From: the human T2T-CHM13v2.0 reference genome, Homo sapiens
Reading direction: 5' to 3' (one strand)
Assembly: GCF_009914755.1 (NCBI RefSeq)
Contig: NC_060933.1
DNA: 64,000 nucleotides
Shown here piece by piece: positions 54,901 to 64,000 of this stretch (the stretch's first letter is position 1; every line of letters starts with the position of its first letter). A program made the position numbers and the translations under genes. The notes beneath the pieces are model-generated. The model ran no database searches. It was not told where the DNA came from and worked only from the letters and a program-made list of their open reading frames with translations.

Positions 54901-57900
54901 GAGTGGAATGGAATGGAATGGAATGGAACAACCCGAATGGAATGGAATGTACTGGAGAGTAAGGGAGTTGAATAGAATCAATCCGAATGTAATGGAATGG
55001 AATGGAACGGAATGGAATGCGATGGAATGGTATCAACCCGAATACAATGGAATGGAATGGAATGGAATGGAATGGAATGGAATGGAATGGAATGGAATGG
55101 AGTGGAATTGAATGGAATGGAATGGCTTCAAACCGAATGGAAGGGAAAGAAATGAAATCAACACGATTGGAATGGAATGGAATGGAATGGAATGGAATGG
55201 AATGGAAGGGTACGGAATAGAATGGAATTGAAAGAAATGGAATGGAGTGGAATGGAATGGAATGGAATGGAATGGATTCAACTCGAAAGGAATCAACTCG
55301 ATTTCAAAGGAATGGAATGGAATGGAAAGGAATAGAATGGAATCAACCCGAGTGGCATGGAATGGAAAGGACTGGAATGGAGTGGAATGGAATGGAATGG
55401 AATGGAATCAAATCGATTGGAATGGAATGGAATGGAATGGAATGGAATCAACTCGATTGCAATGGAATGGAATGGAATGGAATTTTAATGGAATGGAATG
55501 GAATGGATTCAACCCGAGTGCAGGGGAATGGAATGGAATGGAATGCAATGGAATGGAATCATCCGGAATGGAATGGAATTGAATGGAATGGAATGGAATC
55601 AACTCGATTTCAATGGAATGGAATGGAATAGAATGGAATAGAATTAACACGAATAGAATGGAATGGAATTGAATGGAATGGAATGGAACGGAAAGGAATG
55701 GAATGGAATGGAATGGAATCAACGCAAGTGCAGGGGAATGGAATGGAATGGAATTCAATGGAATGGAATCATCCGGAATGGAATGGAATGGAATGGAATG
55801 GAATGGAATGGAATCAACCCGAGTGCAATGGAATGGAGAGGAATGGAATGGAATGGAATGGAAACTACCCGAATGGAAGGGAATGTAATGGAGTGTAAGG
55901 GAATTGAATAGAATCAATCCGAAAGTAATGGAATGGAACGGAACGGAATGGAATGCAATGGAATGGAATCAACCCGAGTGCAATCGAATGGAATCGAATG
56001 GAATGGAATGCAATGGAATGGATTAAACTTCAATGGAATGGAAAGAATGGAATCAACACGAGTGGAATGGCATGGAATGGAATGGAATGGATTGAAATCA
56101 ACCCGAGTACAGGGGAATGGAATGGAATGGAATGCAATGGAATGGAATAATCCGTAATGTAATGGAAAGGAATGGAATGGAATGGAATTGAATGGAATGG
56201 AATGGAATGGAATCAACTCGATTGTAATGGATTGGAATGGAATGGAATGGAATGGAATGGAATGGAATGGAATGGAATTAACCCGAATACAATGGAATGG
56301 AATGGAATGGAACGGAATGGAGTGGAATGGAATGGAATCAACCCGAGTGCAGGGGAATGGAATGGAATGGAATGCAATGGAATGGAATCATCCGGAATGG
56401 AATGGAATGGAATGGAATGCAAAGCAATGGAATCAACTCGATTGCAATGGAATGTAATGGAATGGAAAGGAATACAATGGAATCAACCCGAGTGGAATGG
56501 AATGGAAAGGACTGGAATGGAGTGGAATGGAATGGAATGGAATGGAAGGGAATCAACTCGATTGGAATGGAATGGAATGGAATGGAATGGAATGGAATTA
56601 ACCCGAATAGAATGGAATGGAATGGAACGGAACGGAACGGAACGGAATGGAATGGAATAGAATGGAATGGAATAGAATGGAATCAACCCGACTGCAGGGG
56701 AATGGAATGGAATGGAATGCAATGTAATGGATTCAACTTGAATGGAATGGAAAGAATGGAATCAACACGATTGGAATGGCATGGATTGGAATGGAATGGA
56801 ATGGAATCAACCCGAGTACAGGGGAATGGAATGGAATGGAATGCAATGGAATGGAACCATCCGTAATGGAATGGAAACGAATGGAATGGAATGGAATGGA
56901 ACGGAATGGAATGGAATGGAATGGAATCAACTCGATTTCAATCGAATGGAATGGAATGGAAATAACCCGAATAGAATGTAATGGAATGGAATGGAACGGA
57001 GCGGAACGGAACGGAATGGAATGGAATGGAATGGAATGGAATGGAATGGAATGGAATGGAATGCAATGGAATGGAATGGAATGGAATGAAATGCAATGGA
57101 TTCAACTCGATTGAAATGGAATGGAATAGAATGGAATGGAATGGAATGGAATGGAATTAACCCGAATAGAATGGAATGGAATGGAATGGAATGGAACGGA
57201 ATGGAACGGAATGGAATGGAATGGAATGGAATGGAATGGTATGGAATAGAATGGAAAGGAATGGAATGGAATGGAATGGAATGGAATCAACGCGAGTGCA
57301 GGGGAATGGAATGGAATGGAATGGAATGGAATGGAATGGAATGGAATCAACCCGAGTGCAGGGGAATGTAATGGAACGGAATGCAATGGAATGGAATCAT
57401 CCGGAATGGAATGGAATGGAATGGAATGGAATCAACCCCAGTGCAATCGAATGGAGTGGAATGAAATGGAATGGAACGGAACAACCCGAATGGACTGGAA
57501 TGTAATGGAGAGTAAGGGAGTTGAAAAGAATCAATCCGAAAGTTATGGAATGCAATGGAACGGAATGGAATGGAATGGAATGGAATGGAATGGAATGGAA
57601 TCAACCCGAGTGCAATGGAATGGAGAGGAATGGAATGGAATGGAATGGAAACTACCCGAATGGAATGGAATGTGATGGAGTGTAAGGGAATTGAATAGAA
57701 TAAATCCGAATGTAATGGAATGGAATGGAACGGAATGGAATGGAATGGAATGGAATGGAATGGAATGGAATGCAATGGAATGGAATAAACCCGAGTGCAA
57801 TGTAATGGAATGGAATGGAATGGAATGCAATGCAATGAATTCAACTTGAATGGAATGGAAAGAATGGAATCAACACGAGTGGAATGGCATGGAATGGAAT

Positions 57901-60900
57901 GGAATGGAATGGAATCAACCCGAGTACAGGGGAATGGAATGGAATGGAATGCAATGGAAAGGAATCATTCGTAATGTAATGGAACGGAATGGAATGGAAT
58001 GGAATGGAATGGAATGGAATGGAATGGAATGGAATCAACTCGATTGCATTCGAATGGAATGGAATGGAATTAACCCGAATAGAATGGAATGGAATGGAAT
58101 GGAACGGAATGGAACGGAACGGAATGGAATGGAATGGAATGGAACGGAACGGAATGGAATGGAATGGAATGGAATGGAACTGAAAAGAATAAACGCGAGT
58201 GCAGGGGAATGGAATGGAATGGAATGGAATGGAATGGAATGGAAGGCAATGGATTCAACTCGATTGCAATGGAATGGAATAGAATGGAATGGAATGGAAT
58301 GGAACGGAATTAACCAGAATAGAATGGAATGGAATGGAATGGAACGGAACGGAATGGAACGGAACGGAATGGAATGGACTGGAATGGAATGGAATGGAAT
58401 CAACTCGATTGCATTCTAATGGAATGGAATGGAATTAACCCGAATAGAATGGAATGGAATGGAATGGAACGGAACGGAACGGAACGGAATGGAATGGAAT
58501 GGAATGGAATGGAATGGAATGGAATGGAATTGTATGGAATGGAATGGAATGGTACGGAATAGAATGGAATGGAAAGAATTGGAATGGAATGGAAACGAAT
58601 GGAATGGATTGGAATGGAATGGAATGGAATCAACCCGAGTGTAGGGGAATGTAATGGAACGGAATGCAATGGAATGGAATCATCCGGAATGGAATGGAAT
58701 GGATTGGAATGGATGGAATGGAATGGAAAGGAATGGAATCAACCCGAGTACAGGGGAATGGATTGGAATGGAATGCAATGGAATGGAGTCATCAGTAATG
58801 GAATGGAAAGGAATGGAATGGAATGCAATGGAATGGAATGGAATGGAATGGAATGGAATCAACTCGATTGCAATCGAATGGAATGGAATGGAATTAACCC
58901 GAATAGAATGGAATGGAATGGAATGGAATGGAACGGAAAGGAACGGAACGGAATGGAATGGAATGGAATGGAATGGAACGGAAAGGAATGGAATGGAATG
59001 GAATGGAATGGAATGGAATGGAATGGAATGGAATGGAATCAACGCGAGTGCAGGGGAATGGAATGGAATGCAATGCAATGGAATGGAATCTTCCGGAATG
59101 GAATGGAATGGAATGGAATCAACCCGAGTGCAATGGAATGGAGTGGAATGGAATGGAATGGAATGGAACAACCCGAATGGAATGGAATGTAATGGAGAGT
59201 AAGGGAGTTGAAAAGAATCAATCTGAATGTAATGGAATGGAACGGAATGGAATGGAATGGAATGGAATGGAATGGAATGGAATGCAATGCAATGGAATGG
59301 AATCAACCCGAGTGCAATCGAATGGAATCGAATGGAATGTAATGCAATGGAATGGATTCAACTTGAATGGAATGGAAAGAATGGAATCAACACGATTGGA
59401 ATGGCATGGATTGGAATGGAATGGAATGGAATCAACCCGAGTAAAGGGGAATGGAATGGAATGGAATGCAATGGAATGGAATCATCCGTAATGGAATGGA
59501 AAGGAATGAAATGGAATGGAATGGAATGGAATGGAATGGAATGGAATGGAATGGAATGGAATCAACCCGACTGCAGGGGAATGGAATGGAATGGAATGCA
59601 ATGGAATCAACCCGAGTACAGGGGAATGGAATGGAATGGAATGCAATGGAATAGAATCATCCCTAATGGAATGCAAAGGAATGGAATGGAACGGAATGGA
59701 ATGGAATGGAATGGAATGGAATGGAATCAACTCGATTGCAATCGAATGGAATGGAATGGAATTAACGCGAATAGAATGGAATGGAATGGAATGGAAAGGA
59801 ATGGAACGGAACGGAATGGAATGGAATGGAATGGAATAGAATGGAATGGAATGCAATGGATTCAACTCGATTGCAATGGAATGGAATAGAATGGAATAGA
59901 ATGGAATGGAAAGGAATGGAACGGAACGGAATGGAATGGAATGGAATGGAATAGAATGGAATGGAATGCAATGGAACGGAACGGAACGGAACGCAATGGA
60001 ATGGAATGGAATGGAATTGTATGGAATGGAATGGAATGGTACGGAATTGAATGGAATGGAAAGAATTGGAATTGAATGGAATCGAATGGAATGGTATGGA
60101 ATGGAATGGAATGGAATGGAATCAACCCGAGTGCAGGGGAATGTAATGGATCGGAATGCAATGGAATGGAATCATCCGGAATTGAATGGAATGGAATGGA
60201 ATGGAATGGAATCAATCCCAGTGCAACGGAATGGAGTGGAATGGAATGGAATGGAATGGAACAACAGGAATGCAATGGAATGTAATGGAGAGTAAGGGAG
60301 TTGAATAGAATCAACCCGAAAGTAATGGAATGGAATGGAACGGAATGGAATGGAATGGAATGCAATGGAATGGAATCAACCCGAGTACAATGGAATGGAA
60401 TGGAATGGAATGGAATGGAATGGAATGGAATGGAATGGAATGGAATCAACCCGAGTGCAATGGAATAGAGAGGAATGGAATGGAAAGGAATGGAAACTAC
60501 CCGAATGGAATGGAATGTAATGGAGTGTAAGGGAATTGAATAGAATCAATCCGAATGGAATGGAATGGTATGGAACGGAATGTAATGGAATGGAATGGAA
60601 TGGAATCAACCCGAGTGCAGGGGAAAGGAATTGAATGGAATGCAATGGAATGGAATGGAATGGAATGGAATGGAATGGAATCAACTCGATTGCAATCGAA
60701 TGGAATAGAATGGAATTAACCCGAATAGAATGGAATGGAATGGAATGGAACGGAACGGAATGGAATGGAATGGAATGGAATGGAATGGAAAGGAATGGAA
60801 TGGAATGGAATGGAATGGAATGGTATGGAATGGAATGGAATCAACGCGAGTGCAGGGGAATGGAATGGAATCGAATTTAATGGAATGGAATGGAATGGAA

Positions 60901-63900
60901 TCAACCCGAGAGCAGGGGAATGTAATGGAACTGAATGCAATGGAATGGAATCATCCGGAATGGAATGGAATGGAATGGAATGGAATCAACCCGAGTGCAA
61001 TGGAATGGAGTGGAATGGAATGGAATGGAATGGAACAACCCGAATGGAATGGAATGTAATGGAGAGTAAGGGAGTTGAAAAGAATCAATCCGAATGTAAT
61101 GGAATGGAATGGAACGGAATGGAATGGAATGGAATGGAATGCAATGGAATGGAATCATGCCGAGTGCATTCGAATGGAATCGAATGGAATGCAATGCAAT
61201 GGAATGGATTCAACTTGAATGGAATGGAAAGAATGGAATCAACACGAGAGAAATGGCATGGATTGGAATGGAATGGAATGGAATCAACCCGAGTACAGGG
61301 GAATGTAATGGAATGCAATGCAATGGAATGGAAGCATCCGTAATGGAATGGAAATGAATGGAATGGAAAGGAATGGAATGGAATGGAATGGAATGGAATG
61401 GAACGGAATCAACTCGATTGCAATCGAATGGAATGGAATGGAATTAACCCGAATAGAATGGAATGGAATGGAATGGAACGGAACGGAATGGAATGGAATG
61501 GAATGGAATGGAATGGAATGGAATGGAACCGAACGGAACGGAATGGAATGGAATGGAATGGAATGGAATGGAATGGAATCAACACGAGTGCAGGGGAATG
61601 GAATGGAATGGAATGCAATGGAATGGAATCTTCTGGAATGGAATGGAATGGAATGGAATGCAATGGATTCAACTCGATTGCAATGGAATGGAATAGAATG
61701 GAATGGAATGGAATGGAATGGAATGGAATGGAATGGAATTAACCCGAATAGAATGGAATGGAATGGAACGGAATGGAACGGAACGGAATGGAATGGAATG
61801 GAATGGAATGGAATGGAATGGAATGCAATGGAATGGTATGGAATGGAATGGAATGGAATGGAATCAACGCGAGTGCAGGGGAATATAATGGAACGGAATG
61901 CAATGGAATGGAATCATCCGGAATGAAATGGAATTGAATGGAAACAACCCGAGTGCAATGGAATGGAGTGGAATGGAATGGAATGGAATGGAACAACCCG
62001 AATGGAATGGAATGTACTGGAGAGTAAGGGAGTTGAATAGAATCAATCCGAATGTAATGGAATGGAATGGAACGGAATGGAATGCGATGGAATGATATCA
62101 ACCCGAATACAATGGAATGGAATGGAATGGAATGGAATGGAATGGAATGGAATGGAATGGAGTGGAATTGAATGGAATGGAATGGCTTCAAACCGAATGG
62201 AAGGGAAAGAAATGAAATCAACACGATTGGAATGGAATGGAATGGAATGGAATGGAATGGAATGGAAGGGTACGGAATAGAATGGAATTGAACGAAATGG
62301 AATGGAATGGAATGGAATGGAATGGAATGGAATGGAATCAACTCGATTGTAATGGAATGGAATGGAATGGAATGGAATGGAATGGAATGGAATTAACCCG
62401 AATACAATGGAATGGAATGGAATGCAAAGGAATGGAGTGGAATGGAATGGAATCAACCCGAGTGCAGGGGAATGCTATGGAATGGAATGCAATGGAATGG
62501 AGTCATCCGAAATGGAATGGAATGGAATGGAATGCAAAGCAATGGAATCAACTCGATTGCAATGGAATGGAATGGAATGGAAAGGAATACATTGGAATCA
62601 ACCCGAGTGGAATGGAATGGAAAGGACTGGAATGGAGTGGAATGGAATGGAATGGAATGGAATGGAATCAACTCGACTGGAATTGAATGGAATGGAATGG
62701 AATGGAATGGAATGGAATTAACCCGAATAGAATGGAATGGAATGGAATGGAACGGAACGGAACGGAATGGAATGGAATGGAATGGAATGGAATGGAATCA
62801 ACCCGAGTGCAGGGGAATGGAATGGAATGGAATGCAATGGAATCAACCCGAGTACAGGGGAATGGAATGGAATGGAATGCAATGGAATAGAATCATCCGT
62901 AATGGAATGGAAAGGAATGGAATGGAATGGAATGGAATGGAATGGAATGGAATGGAATCAACTCAATTGCAATCGAATGGAATGGAATGGAATTAACGGG
63001 AATAGAATGGAATGGAATGGAATGGAATGGAACGGAATGGAATGGAATGGAATGGAATGGAATGGAACGGAAAGGAATGGAATGGAATGGAATGGAATGG
63101 AATGGAATGGAATGGAATGGAATTAACCCGAATAGAATGGAATGGAATGGAATGGAACGGAACGGAACGGAACGGAATGGAATGGAATGGAATGGAATGG
63201 AATGGAATGGAATCAACCCGACTGCAGGGGAATGGAATGGAATGGAATGCAATGGAATCAACCCGAGTACAGGGGAATGGAATGGAATGGAATGCAATGG
63301 AATAGAATCATCCCTAATGGAATGCAAAGGAATGGAATGGAACGGAATGGAATGGAATGGAATGGAATGGAATGGAATGGAATCAACTCGATTGCAATCG
63401 AATGGAATGGAATGGAATTAACGCGAATAGAATGGAATGGAATGGAATGGAAAGGAATGGAACGGAACGGAATGGAATGGAATGGAATGGAATAGAATGG
63501 AATGGAATGCAATGGATTCAACTCGATTGCAATGGAATGGAATAGAATGGAATAGAATGGAATGGAAAGGAATGGAACGGAACGGAATGGAATGGAATGG
63601 AATGGAATAGAATGGAATGGAATGGAATGGAACGGAACGGAACGGAACGCAATGGAATGGAATGGAATGGAATTGTATGGAATGGAATGGAATGGTACGG
63701 AATTGAATGGAATGGAAAGAATTGGAATTGAATGGAATCGAATGGAATGGTATGGAATGGAATGGAATGGAATGGAATCAACCCGAGTGCAGGGGAATGT
63801 AATGGATCGGAATGCAATGGAATGGAATCATCCGGAATTGAATGGAATGGAATGGAATGGAATGGAATCAATCCCAGTGCAACGGAATGGAGTGGAATGG

Positions 63901-64000
63901 AATGGAATGGAATGGAACAACAGGAATGCAATGGAATGTAATGGAGAGTAAGGGAGTTGAATAGAATCAACCCGAAAGTAATGGAATGGAATGGAACGGA
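51990..64000 (+). repeat. Variant-A HSat3 domain with young kb-scale duplications
   Basis: A motifs return (GGAAAGAATGGAATCAACACGAG, GGAACAACCCG, TCGATTGCAATCGA). Identical artefact ORFs recur at offsets of 1299, 3656 and 8364 bp. Confidence 0.8.
53485..56085 (+). repeat. Near-identical ~1.3 kb tandem duplication (2 copies, offset 1299-1304 bp)
   Basis: Identical translations at 54109..54618 and 55408..55917, and at 54364/55663. Shared private variants GAATGTACTGG, GCGATGGAATGGTATC, GGCTTCAAACCG, CTCGAAAGGAATC and GAATTTTAATGG. Confidence 0.9.

Larger units (their letters stand above)
1..64000. repeat. Human Satellite 3 (HSat3 / satellite III) array, (GGAAT)n with CAAC(C/A/G)CGAGT terminators
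   Basis: Near-continuous GGAAT/ATTCC pentamers across the window, interspersed with CAACCCGAGT, CAACTCGATT, TTAACCCGAATAG and CATCCGG motifs. This matches the classical Sat III description. No unique sequence seen. Confidence 0.97.
49641..64000 (+). repeat. HSat3 block 3, G-rich strand on +
   Basis: GGAAT on + resumes at 49641 (GAATGGAATGGAATGGAAACAACCCG) and continues to the window end. Confidence 0.95.

Noticed and set aside
3-63970. Hundreds of ORFs up to 409 aa (MEWNG- and IPFHS-repeat peptides)
   Set aside because: (GGAAT)n has no stop codon in any frame on either strand and supplies an ATG every 5 nt. The ORFs overlap in all six frames and simply translate the pentamer. Such satellite-derived 'proteins' are a recognised annotation artefact.
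1-64000. HSat2 assignment
   Set aside because: HSat2 is dominated by CATTCGATTC-type degenerate units. Here long pure GGAAT runs with CAACCCGAGT terminators dominate, as in HSat3.
59560-64000. Y-chromosome DYZ1 (~3.6 kb unit) suggested by the 3656-bp offset
   Set aside because: The offset is seen only once at the window end, and the rest of the window has no regular 3.6 kb period. The size similarity alone is not evidence.

Overview
The whole 64 kb window is pericentromeric-type primate satellite DNA: Human Satellite 3 (HSat3/Sat III). It consists of (GGAAT)n pentamers punctuated by CAAC(C/A/G)CGAGT 'terminators' and a small vocabulary of other variant motifs. I found no genes, RNA genes, transposons or CRISPR. 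All ORFs in the track (MEWNG.../IPFHS...) are translation artefacts of the pentamer. The real structure is architectural. There are two sharp strand switches, GGAAT->ATTCC at ~9281 and ATTCC->GGAAT at ~49641. Two recognisable sequence variants ('A' and 'B', my labels) are arranged A(+) | A(-) B(-) | B(+) A(+), so each switch has the same variant on both sides. The left switch sits near the centre of a roughly symmetric inverted repeat with ~4.5 kb colinear arms. There are many nested duplications (60 bp to ~12.5 kb spacing), an A-type island in B bracketed by ~250 bp direct repeats, and perfect heat-shock elements (GGAATCTTCCGGAAT) that I found only in A-type sequence. Terminator content and inversions suggest the chr9q12 HSat3B-type array, but that placement is inference. 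All alignments were done by eye, so boundaries are approximate.
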